A DNA stretch of 17,664 bases from Negativicutes bacterium (GTDB lineage: Bacteria > Bacillota > Negativicutes > UBA1444): the NCBI GenBank assembly GCA_963665275.2, contig CAXXIN010000011.1:1-17664 (forward strand), given 5' to 3'. Positions 1-7,910 of the stretch are shown here, piece after piece; within the stretch, counting starts at the first letter, position 1; every line of letters begins with the position of its first letter. The notes under the pieces were generated by a model, which was not told the origin of the DNA, did not search any database, and saw only the letters and a list, made by a program, of their open reading frames with translations. A program made the translations under genes and the position numbers.

Positions 1-432
1 GGTTATATGGCTGATATGACCCGTACCTATTGTATCGGTTGTTTGCCAAGTCATATGGAACATGCCTATGATACTGCCGTGGCGATTCAGGAACTGCTCA
101 AAATGGAAGCTCGCGAAGGCGCTGTATGTAGCGATCTGTGGACGGCGGTACGCCAACTGGTTCGGACTAATGGATTATGCGAACACTTTATGGGCATGGC
201 GCGCAGGGTTCCTTTTATTGCTCATGGAGTCGGCATTGAAATTGACGAGTTGCCTGTTGTGGCGCCAAAAAATGAGCTGGTTTTACAAGCCAATATGGTT
301 ATTGCCGTCGAGCCTAAATTTGTTTTTCCGGATGGCGCGGTGGGATTGGAAAACACTTTTGTTGTCGGAACGAAAGGTTTGATTTCACTGGCCGAAAGTC
401 AGGATGCAGTGTATTACATTCATGAACATTGA
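1..432 (+). CDS. Xaa-Pro peptidase / M24 family metallopeptidase, C-terminal part (5' end outside window)
   Basis: Frame is open from base 1 (GYMADMTRT). M24 metal-site motifs are present: ADMTRT, AHGVGIEIDELP, AVEPK, GLENTF. Stop TGA at 430-432. Confidence 0.85.
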   Translation, partial: GYMADMTRTYCIGCLPSHMEHAYDTAVAIQELLKMEAREGAVCSDLWTAVRQLVRTNGLCEHFMGMARRVPFIAHGVGIEIDELPVVAPKNELVLQANMVIAVEPKFVFPDGAVGLENTFVVGTKGLISLAESQDAVYYIHEH

Positions 433-459
433 GTGAAGCTTAAAAAACGGTCATAGGAG

Positions 460-1035
460 GTGCTGGATTTGGAATTGCTGCAGGCAATCAAAGAACGACG
501 GACGATCCGCAAATTCAAGTCGGATCCGGTTCCACGGGAACTATTGGAAAAGCTTATTCAGGAGGCCATGTGGGCTCCCTCGGCGATGAACGAACAACCT
601 TGGAAATTTTATGTACTGGCCGGGGCGGCAAAAGAAGGCTTGGTTAATATTGCTGAAGGTTGCATTGATAAGTTGGATTTGCGAATGCAAAAACTTTTCA
701 ATGACAAAATGCGGACACTGGTGCGTGGATATTTCAAAAATTTTGGCGGTGCGCCTGTTGTTGTTGCGGTTGTTACAAAGATGCCGGAAGAAAGAGTCTA
801 CCAACGAGGAAGCGAATACGGTTCAAGCGCTGCCATGCAAAATTTTTTGCTGTTGGCGCACGAAGCTGGATTGGGAGCTTGTTGGATGACCGGTCCATTA
901 TGGGTGGAAGAGGCCGTGCTGGAATATTTGGGTTGCCCGGGCTGGGGGCTGATAAGCCTAACCCCGGTTGGTTGGCCGGATCAATCGCCACCAACGCCGC
1001 CACGCAAACATCTAACAATTGAATGGCTAGGGTGA
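460..1035 (+). CDS. Nitroreductase family flavoprotein
   Basis: Motifs IKERRTIRKF, AMWAPSAMNEQPWKF and AMQNFLLLAHEAGLGACW. AGGAGG at 455-460 suggests the true start may be the in-frame TTG at 469. Confidence 0.9.
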   Translation: MLDLELLQAIKERRTIRKFKSDPVPRELLEKLIQEAMWAPSAMNEQPWKFYVLAGAAKEGLVNIAEGCIDKLDLRMQKLFNDKMRTLVRGYFKNFGGAPVVVAVVTKMPEERVYQRGSEYGSSAAMQNFLLLAHEAGLGACWMTGPLWVEEAVLEYLGCPGWGLISLTPVGWPDQSPPTPPRKHLTIEWLG

Positions 1036-1070
1036 TGCAAAATAGCATCGAGGTCTGCAGAAGCGCATCG
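1029..1070. promoter_or_regulatory. Candidate tandem enhancer (UAS) sites TGC-N6-GCATCG for a sigma54 activator
   Basis: GATGC-aaaata-GCATCG (1034-1050) and CTGC-agaagc-GCATCG (1055-1070) lie 20 bp apart. A third copy, GATGC-gaatgg-GCATCG, is at 1151-1167. All are upstream of the sigma54 promoter. Function is inferred. Confidence 0.45.
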
Positions 1071-1141
1071 CGAACAGAAAAACCGAATGGTTGGCGAAGG
1101 ATAAGCTTCTATGAGTGAAACGGTTAAGGGAAAAAAACCTG

Positions 1142-1185
1142 CAAGAGGGTGATGCGAATGGGCATCGCCCTCTTGTTTTGTTTTT
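1142..1185 (+). terminator. Intrinsic terminator after nitroreductase
   Basis: 14-bp stem CAAGAGGGTGATGC / GCATCGCCCTCTTG (one G-U pair), 6-nt loop, followed by TTTTGTTTTT. Confidence 0.8.
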
Positions 1186-1219
1186 AGGTCAAATCTTTAA
1201 AAAAGGCGATTTAATAGGA

Positions 1220-1236
1220 TTGGCATGGTAATTGCA
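1220..1236 (+). promoter_or_regulatory. Sigma54 (-24/-12) promoter
   Basis: TTGGCATGGTAATTGCA matches TGGCAC-N5-TTGCW with exact GG-N10-GC spacing (GG 1222-1223, GC 1234-1235). It is intergenic, about 100 bp upstream of the CoA-transferase start. Confidence 0.85.
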
Positions 1237-1267
1237 ATATAAAGATGATGAAAAAGCATAGTTGAGT

Positions 1268-1285
1268 TTGTGATGGTTTTCACAG
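1268..1285. promoter_or_regulatory. Rex-like or Crp/Fnr-like operator
   Basis: TTGTGATGGTTTTCACAG contains a perfect TGTGA-N6-TCACA and matches 12 of 14 defined positions of the Rex box TTGTGAA-N4-TTCACAA. It lies downstream of the predicted transcription start. Confidence 0.55.
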
Positions 1286-1338
1286 AGAAGCCAAGCGGAT
1301 TATCCGGGTTTTCTTTAAAAAACAGGAGGTGGAGTTCG

Positions 1339-2926
1339 TTGAAAAATAAGATCATGACGGCGGAAGAAGCTGTAAAACTCATCAAACCGGGCGCGACGGT
1401 GGCTGTGAGCGGCTTCATCGGCATGGGGCATCCCGAAGAAATCTCCAAGGCGGTGGAAGAGAGTTTTTTGAAAACCGGAACCCCCAACAATCTGACGCTG
1501 ACCTACGGCGCCTCCCAGAATGACGGCAAATCGAACTGGGGACTCAATCGCTGGTGCAAAGAAGGGACTAATCAGTAAGATCATCGCCGGCCATTTCAAT
1601 TTGCAGCCGGACATGGTCAAGATGATCAACGCCGAACAGTGTGAAGCCTACGCAATTCCCCAGGGCGTCATGATGCATTTGTACCGGGCCATTGGCGGCA
1701 AAAAACCGGGCGTCATCACCCATGTCGGGCTGAAAACTTTTGCTGACCCCCGCGAAACCGGCGGCCGCCTGAACAAGCGCTCGACCGGCGAAGTGGTCAA
1801 ACTCATTGAGCTCGAAGGCCAAGAATACCTCTGGTACAAGTCGTTTCCCGTTGATGTGGCGATTATTCGCGGCACGACTGCCGATGAATTTGGCAACGTC
1901 AGCATCGAGAAGGAACCGATTCGTCTGGAGTTTTATGTACAAGCTCTGGCTGCCAAAAATTCTGGTGGCAAAGTTATCGTTCAGGTCGAACGAATTACCC
2001 AGACAGGTTCAATCGATCCTCGAAATGTTGTTGTGCCAGGAACCTTGGTTGATGCAATTGTAGTCGCTAAGCCGGAAAATCATCCGCAAGCCATGGGAAT
2101 GGCGGCTGGAGAATATGATGGTTCCCTAACCGGTGATGTCCGGATGCCGATGTCGGCATTCAAACCGATTCCTCTGGATGATCGAAAAATCATTTGCCGT
2201 CGCGCAGCCATGGAATTGGCTCCCGAAGCAGTAATTAATCTCGGTATTGGCATGCCGGAGGGAGTATCGTCTGTTGCAGCCGAAGAAGGAGTTATCGACC
2301 TGTTGACGGCGACAGTGGAACCAGGGTTGATCGGCGGAATCCCTTGCGGCGGTTTGCGTTTTGGCTGCGCAATCAATCCGTTGGCGATCATTGATCATCC
2401 CAGTCAGTTCGATTTCTATGACGGCGGCGGCCTCGACTTTGCTTGTTTGGGCATGGCGGAATTGGACGAGATAGGCAATGTAAACGTGTCAAAATTTGGT
2501 CCGCGTATTGCTGGTCCCGGCGGATTTGTTAATATCACTCAAAATGCCAAGAGTGTGGTATTTTGTGGTACATTGACTGCTTCGGGATTGGAAGTCGCTA
2601 TCGAAGATGGAAAATTGAAAATTATCACTGAAGGTAAAGCGAAAAAAATGGTGCCCAAAGTCGGCCACGTCACATTTTCCGGCGAATATGCCAGGGAAAA
2701 AGGCCAGAAGGTTCTCTATGTCACCGAACGCGCCGTATTTGAAATGCGTCATGAAGGGTTGACCCTGATCGAGATCGCGCCGGGAATGGACCTGGAGAAA
2801 GACATTATTGCCCAGATGGATTTCAAACCGCACATTGCCAAAGACCTTAAGTTGATGGATGCCCGGATATTCCAAGCAGGGCCGATGGGAATCAAAGATG
2901 AGATCCTGGCTAAAAACGGCAAGTAA
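1339..2926 (+). CDS. pct: Family I acyl-CoA:acetate/propionate CoA-transferase (Pct/YdiF type), about 528 aa; apparent +1 frameshift at 1564-1566
   Basis: TTG start at 1339 after AGGAGGT. Removing one G at 1564-1566 joins ORFs 1270..1578 and 1520..2926 (KEGLISKIIAGH). Motifs: GLKTFADPR, IIRGTTADEFGN, NLGIGMPEGV, catalytic VEPG, FDFYDGGGLD, GPGGFVNITQ, YVTERAVF. Substrate unknown. Confidence 0.85.
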
Positions 2927-3002
2927 TTAACGAGAAACCCATAATCTATTTCAGGGACTATTGTGGCACGGCCACACAAAATAAAAAGGGGGAAAAACAA
3001 CC

Positions 3003-4469
3003 ATGATGATGAATGGAAAACAGTACATCGAGAGTCTCAAAAAAATGCGGCCCAATATTTACAAGTGGGGAAAACTGATCGAAGATGTTACCACCAATCC
3101 GGCCACTGCGCTGCATGTCAAATCAGTCGCCCGCTCCTATGACCTATCGTTTGATCCGGAGAAAGCACCGATTTACACCACCAAGTCGACCATCTCCGGC
3201 GAAACTATCCATCGCTGGAATTCTTTCCAGGGCGATATGGAAGCGCAGATCGGCAATGCAACGATGAAACGCGACCAATACCACCAGTCTGGAACCTGCC
3301 AGGGCGCGACTTGCGCCGGCTGGACCGGCCTCAACACTCTTTGGGATGCCAGCTTCGAATGTGACAAAGAGCTGGGAACCAACTATCATGAGCGTGTTAA
3401 AAAATTCATGAAGTTCTGCGAAGACAATGCTCTGGCTTTGGCCGGCGCCATCACCGACGCCAAAGGCGATCGTTCCAAGAAAGCTTCTCAGCAGGCTAAC
3501 AAAGACGTTACTCTACATGTTAAAGAAATTCGTCCTGATGGAATCATCGTTCGCGGTTACAAGATCCAGATCTGTGGCGTGGCCGCTTGTCATTACATCG
3601 TTGCGATGCCGGGCACCGGTTACGGCGAAGTGGACAAAGACTTCGCAGTAGCTTTTGCAGTTCCCCGAGATGAAAAAGGAATTACCATCGTCGAGACTCG
3701 TCGCCCCAGCGATTGCCGTGATGAAGAAGAAGGTTTCGACGCGCCGAAGGCCGGCAACATTACCCAAGCATATATTCTGTTTGATGATGTATTCATCCCG
3801 AACGAGCGCGTATTCATGTGTGGCGAGTTCAAGTACAGCGGTCGCAATATCGGCAATTTTGCCGCTATCTACCGGGCAGCCATCGGTTCCTGCGTAGCTG
3901 GGCAAGGCGATATCATGATCGGCGCCGCCATGGGCATGGCTCGTGCGAACGGCCTTTCCGTCAAGCCCTTCCAAGCCACATTGAATGAGATGGCTATCAA
4001 CAATGAAATTACAGCCGGCCTCGGTATCGGCGCCATGGCGGTTGGCAAGAAGCAAAAATCCGGGTTGTTTGTGCCGAATGCCCTGTTGGCCCACACCAAT
4101 AAGACGCAAGTTGCCAAATTGCCATACCTGAACAAAGTTATGGCTCAGGACATCAGCGGCGGCATTGCCGAAACCGGCTGCATGCCGTCCTACAAAGATC
4201 TGCAAAGCCCAATCTATGGCAAAAAATTGATTGACGCTCTCACTGCCGGCGCTGATGGCGCGAGCCGCGCCAAGATGGCTCGTCTGGTCGAGTGGTTAAC
4301 TGTCGGCGGCGGCATCCCGGGCTGCATGCATGGCGGCGGGTCGCCTGACGGCGCGAAAATGGTCGTCAAAGCGTTTACCAAGTGGGAAGACTATTTTGAA
4401 ATGGCCAAGAAAATCATGGATGTGCCGGTTGATGCGATCAAAGAACCCGAAGCACCTGTGAAAAAATAA
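3003..4469 (+). CDS. 4-hydroxybutyryl-CoA dehydratase (AbfD) / 4-hydroxyphenylacetate 3-hydroxylase family protein, divergent active site
   Basis: 488 aa. Family motifs YIESLKKM, GAITDAKGDRSK, DGIIVRGYK, FDDVFIPNERVFMCGE, QDISGG, MHGGGSP. Three AbfD-type cysteines (C99, C104, C297) are retained. Confidence 0.85.
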   Translation: MMMNGKQYIESLKKMRPNIYKWGKLIEDVTTNPATALHVKSVARSYDLSFDPEKAPIYTTKSTISGETIHRWNSFQGDMEAQIGNATMKRDQYHQSGTCQGATCAGWTGLNTLWDASFECDKELGTNYHERVKKFMKFCEDNALALAGAITDAKGDRSKKASQQANKDVTLHVKEIRPDGIIVRGYKIQICGVAACHYIVAMPGTGYGEVDKDFAVAFAVPRDEKGITIVETRRPSDCRDEEEGFDAPKAGNITQAYILFDDVFIPNERVFMCGEFKYSGRNIGNFAAIYRAAIGSCVAGQGDIMIGAAMGMARANGLSVKPFQATLNEMAINNEITAGLGIGAMAVGKKQKSGLFVPNALLAHTNKTQVAKLPYLNKVMAQDISGGIAETGCMPSYKDLQSPIYGKKLIDALTAGADGASRAKMARLVEWLTVGGGIPGCMHGGGSPDGAKMVVKAFTKWEDYFEMAKKIMDVPVDAIKEPEAPVKK

Positions 4470-4486
4470 TATCTCTCCGATTCGGA

Positions 4487-4547
4487 CCACGTCGCCTGGA
4501 GCACTGCACCCGCTTAGGGCGGGGCGGAGACTCCGGGCGATGCGTGG
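4487..4547 (+). other. Long GC-rich stem-loop downstream of the AbfD-like gene
   Basis: CCACG/CGTGG, TCGCCTGGAG/CTCCGGGCGA and CCCGC/GCGGG nest into one 61-nt hairpin. There is no U-tract, so it may be an mRNA stabiliser, processing site or repeat. Confidence 0.55.
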
Positions 4548-4765
4548 CCGGGATAAAAATTCGGTGATTTTTGGCCGAATATGTGAAAAAAAGCACAAAA
4601 ACTCCGTGGGCAATTTGTGAACATGGGGAACAGAAAGAAAACTTGATTCCGATGAAGTTCCCCAAAAGTTCAGCTCCGAATTTCGGTGAAAATCCGAATT
4701 AGAGACTTTGTGCAGCAAAACCGAAATTAAATTGTATAAAATTAAAAAAATGGAGGAAGATTAGA

Positions 4766-5917
4766 ATGCAATTTTTTCAATTCAGCGAAGAACAGGAAAT
4801 GCTGCGCAAAGCAGTACGGGAGTTCGTAGAAGCGGAAGTGGCGCCCAAAGCCAAAGAGTGGGACGAGAATGACGTCTGCCCGGTAGAACTGTTCCCGATG
4901 ATGGGCGAACTGGGAATCTCCGGCGTGTTTGTGCCGGAAGAATACGGCGGCGCCGGCCTCGGCCATGTCGAACGCGCCATCGTTCTCGAAGAAATCTCCC
5001 GGCATTCGGCCGGTCTCGGTATAGCCCTGATGACCCATCACCTGGGCATCGCCGCCATCCTCTACTATGGCAACGAAGAACAAAAGAAACGCTATCTGCC
5101 GGACCTGTGCTCAGGCAAAAAAATCGGCGGCCTCTCGGTCACCGAACCGGGCGGCGGCTCCGACTTCATGGGCCAGAAATCCACCGGCGAACTCAAAGAC
5201 GGCAAATGGGTTTTGAACGGCCGCAAATGCTTCATCACCAACTCCCATATTTCCAACGTCGACGTCTGGACCGTCATCACCGGCCAGGACGAAAAAGGCC
5301 GCCCGGTCATGACCGCCTTCATCATCGACGGCGACGCCGCAGGCCACGCCCCCGGCCGCAAAGAACACAAACTCGGCCTGCGCGGCTCGGTCACCGGTGA
5401 CGTCGTCTGCAACAACGTAGTGGTCGGACCCGAACAAATGCTGCAAAAACTCGGTTCCGGCGCCAAGATTGCCATGACCACCATTCAGGAAGTCGGCCGG
5501 GCCGGCATGTCCGCCATCTGCGTCGGCATCCTGCGCGGTTGCATCGAAGAAGCCGTCAAATTCTCCAGCGAACGGATTCTTTATGGCAAGCCGCTCAATA
5601 AAATTCAAGCGATCCAGATGATGATCGCCGAAAACCGGGTCGAGTACGAAGCAGCCCTGCTGCTGACCTACCGCGCAGCCGGCATGAAAGACGCGGGTCT
5701 GCCCTGCGCCACCGAATTCGCCATCGCCAAATACTACGCCACCGAAGCCTCCGTACGCTCAGCCAAGCGGACCATGGACTCCATGGGGGGTTACGGCATC
5801 GTCAACGAATATCCGGTCGGCCGGTTCCTGCGCGACGGCCTGGCCTCGATCCCCTCCGGCGGAACCTCCCAGGTCCAGCTGCTAATCACCGCCGGCGCCA
5901 CCCTCAGCGGGAAGTGA
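4766..5917 (+). CDS. Acyl-CoA dehydrogenase family flavoprotein (lacks canonical catalytic Glu)
   Basis: GGAGG RBS. Motifs VPEEYGGAG, SVTEPGGGSD, LNGRKCFITN, KLGLRGS, MGGYG. C-terminal IPSGGTSQ where IYEGT is typical. Confidence 0.92.
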   Translation: MQFFQFSEEQEMLRKAVREFVEAEVAPKAKEWDENDVCPVELFPMMGELGISGVFVPEEYGGAGLGHVERAIVLEEISRHSAGLGIALMTHHLGIAAILYYGNEEQKKRYLPDLCSGKKIGGLSVTEPGGGSDFMGQKSTGELKDGKWVLNGRKCFITNSHISNVDVWTVITGQDEKGRPVMTAFIIDGDAAGHAPGRKEHKLGLRGSVTGDVVCNNVVVGPEQMLQKLGSGAKIAMTTIQEVGRAGMSAICVGILRGCIEEAVKFSSERILYGKPLNKIQAIQMMIAENRVEYEAALLLTYRAAGMKDAGLPCATEFAIAKYYATEASVRSAKRTMDSMGGYGIVNEYPVGRFLRDGLASIPSGGTSQVQLLITAGATLSGK

Positions 5918-5923
5918 TCTGAA

Positions 5924-6763
5924 ATGGGACTCTCCATCGCTGTATGCATCAAACCGGTGCCGGACCCCAAACACTATGACAAAATCAAAATCGATCCGGT
6001 CAAGAAAACCGTAGTCCGGGAAGGAATTCCCACCATCCTCAACCCCTGCGACAAACACGCGCTGGAGGCGGCCCTGCAATTGCGGGGCCCCGAAGGCACA
6101 GTCACCGTCATCGCCATGGCCCCGCCAAACGCCGAAGAAACCCTGCGCGAGGCTCTCGCCATGGGCGCCGACGCGGCCGTTCTTCTCACCGACCGCGCCT
6201 TTGCCGGCGCCGACACCTGGGCCACCTCCCATACCCTTGCCGCCGGCCTGAAAAAAGCCGGCAGCTTCGATATCATCTTCACCGGAACCGAAAGCGCCGA
6301 CGGCGCCACCACCCAGGTTCCGGCCCAACTGGCCGAATGGCTGGATTGGCCCCATCTGTGGAACGTAGTGAAACTCGAGCAAATCGACGAACAGCACCTG
6401 AAAGTCAAAACCAAAGCCGAAAGCGAATGGTCCGACTACCAGGTAACCCTGCCCTGCCTGCTGGCCATGTCGCGGGAGGCGAACAAACCAAGACTGACCA
6501 GCCTGATGGGGGTCATGAAAGCAAAAAAGAAACCGCTCACCGTCTGGTGCAGACCGGACCTTGACGTCGAAGACGCCGCTCTCGGCATGAAAGGGTCGCC
6601 GACCCAGCCGGGGGCGATCTTTGAACCGGAGATGGGACGCAAAGGCATCCTGATCGGCGGCGACAGCGAAGAAATCGCCGTCCAGCTGATCGAAAAACTG
6701 AGAACCGCAGGCATAGCGATAGAAACCGGCGACATCTGCGCACCGGGAGGGGGAGGACGATGA
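5924..6763 (+). CDS. etfB: Electron transfer flavoprotein beta subunit (FixA family)
   Basis: IAVCIKPVPD, NPCDKHALEAA, ALAMGAD, DRAFAGADTWATS, DGATTQV and GSPT motifs. Confidence 0.92.
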   Translation: MGLSIAVCIKPVPDPKHYDKIKIDPVKKTVVREGIPTILNPCDKHALEAALQLRGPEGTVTVIAMAPPNAEETLREALAMGADAAVLLTDRAFAGADTWATSHTLAAGLKKAGSFDIIFTGTESADGATTQVPAQLAEWLDWPHLWNVVKLEQIDEQHLKVKTKAESEWSDYQVTLPCLLAMSREANKPRLTSLMGVMKAKKKPLTVWCRPDLDVEDAALGMKGSPTQPGAIFEPEMGRKGILIGGDSEEIAVQLIEKLRTAGIAIETGDICAPGGGGR

Positions 6764-7800
6764 AAACGACAACTCCCGCCGACTGGAAAGGCATCCTGGT
6801 CGTCGGCGAACTAAGCAACTGCCGGGTCCAGCCGGTCAGCCTCGAACTGATCGGCAAAGCCCGTGAACTAAAAACAACCTGCCCGGCCGTCGGCGACGTC
6901 GCCGTCGCGCTGATCGGCAGCGGCCTGGACGGCGCTTGCGCCGAACTGGCAGCCACCGGCGTCGATGAAATCGTCGTTGTGGACCAGGCGAACCTCGCCC
7001 TATTCCACAACGACCTGTACGCCAAGATCCTGCAACAAATCATCGAGACGCGAAAACCCTCGGTCGTGCTGTTCCCGGCCAGCGCCCGCTACCAGGACCT
7101 GGCCTCGATGCTGGGCATCCGGGTCGATACCGGCGTCGCCGCCCACTGCGTCGATATCCGGATCAATGAGCGGGGCGAAATCCTGGCGGTAGTACCGGCC
7201 TTTGGCGGCAAAGTGCTGGGCGACATCCTGTGTCCGGCCCACCGGCCGCAGATGGCCACCGTCAAGCCGGGGATCTTCCGGCAAGGCGAGCCGGTTAGCG
7301 GCCACCAACCGAAGATAAGTCCGTTTGACGCCGGCGCAATCATTGCTGGTGCAATGAAGACCACCCGGATGGTGGCGCTGGAGGCGTCAAGCTGCGCGGC
7401 GCCGGAAGGAATTCCGCTGGAAGCGGCCCAGGTCGTGGTTTGCGGCGGCTGGGGGATGGGGTCGAAGGAAAACTGGGCTCTGCTCGGTGAACTGGCGAGT
7501 CTCCTCGGCGGCGCGGTCGGCTGCACAAGGCCGGCGATCGACGAAGGCTGGATGCCGGACGAGAGCTATATGATCGGCACCAGCGGCAAGGTCATTCGGC
7601 CGAAGGTGTACATCGGGGCGGCGCTGTCGGGCTCTTCGCACCATGTGTGCGGGATGAAGGATTCGGATTTGGTCATCAGCATCAATAACGATCCGCAGGC
7701 GGCGATCTTTGACGTTTCCGACCTCCGGGTCGTCGGCGACGCCAAACAGATTCTCACCGGGTTGATCGCAAAAATCCGGGAAGTGCGTAGCGCAAAGTAA
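6760..7800 (+). CDS. etfA: Electron transfer flavoprotein alpha subunit (FixB family)
   Basis: ATGA overlap with etfB and a GGGAGG RBS. Motifs PAFGG, RPQMATV, VVVCGGWG, LGGAVGCTRPAID, INNDPQAAIFDVSD. Confidence 0.92.
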   Translation: MKTTTPADWKGILVVGELSNCRVQPVSLELIGKARELKTTCPAVGDVAVALIGSGLDGACAELAATGVDEIVVVDQANLALFHNDLYAKILQQIIETRKPSVVLFPASARYQDLASMLGIRVDTGVAAHCVDIRINERGEILAVVPAFGGKVLGDILCPAHRPQMATVKPGIFRQGEPVSGHQPKISPFDAGAIIAGAMKTTRMVALEASSCAAPEGIPLEAAQVVVCGGWGMGSKENWALLGELASLLGGAVGCTRPAIDEGWMPDESYMIGTSGKVIRPKVYIGAALSGSSHHVCGMKDSDLVISINNDPQAAIFDVSDLRVVGDAKQILTGLIAKIREVRSAK

Positions 7801-7846
7801 CCAAGTCATAAAATGAATATGGGAAAACTCAATCATAATTGAGAAC

Positions 7847-7880
7847 GGTGAAGAGGGTTCTGCAGGGGACCCTCTTCACT
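7847..7880 (+). other. Stable intergenic hairpin between etfA and the PAS-MCP gene
   Basis: 14-bp stem GGTGAAGAGGGTTC / GGACCCTCTTCACT with G-U pairs. No poly-U follows, so read-through into the MCP gene is plausible. Confidence 0.55.
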
Positions 7881-7910
7881 GCGAATCCAACAATAAGGGA
7901 GGATTCAACC

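Noticed and set aside
2961-2980. Second sigma54 promoter (TGGCACG) upstream of the AbfD-like gene
   Set aside because: There is no GC ten bases after GG (it reads CA). The sequence is better explained as a small hairpin TGTGGC-acg-GCCACA.
3003-4469. Aerobic 4-hydroxyphenylacetate 3-monooxygenase (HpaB)
   Set aside because: AbfD-type cysteines are retained, no HpaC flavin reductase is adjacent, and the context is CoA-transferase/ACAD/Etf.
5882-6772. Long antisense ORFs (also 3513..4205, 10177..11049, 14734..15399, 16297..16839)
   Set aside because: They are shadows of well-supported genes on the other strand, with no motifs and no convincing RBS.
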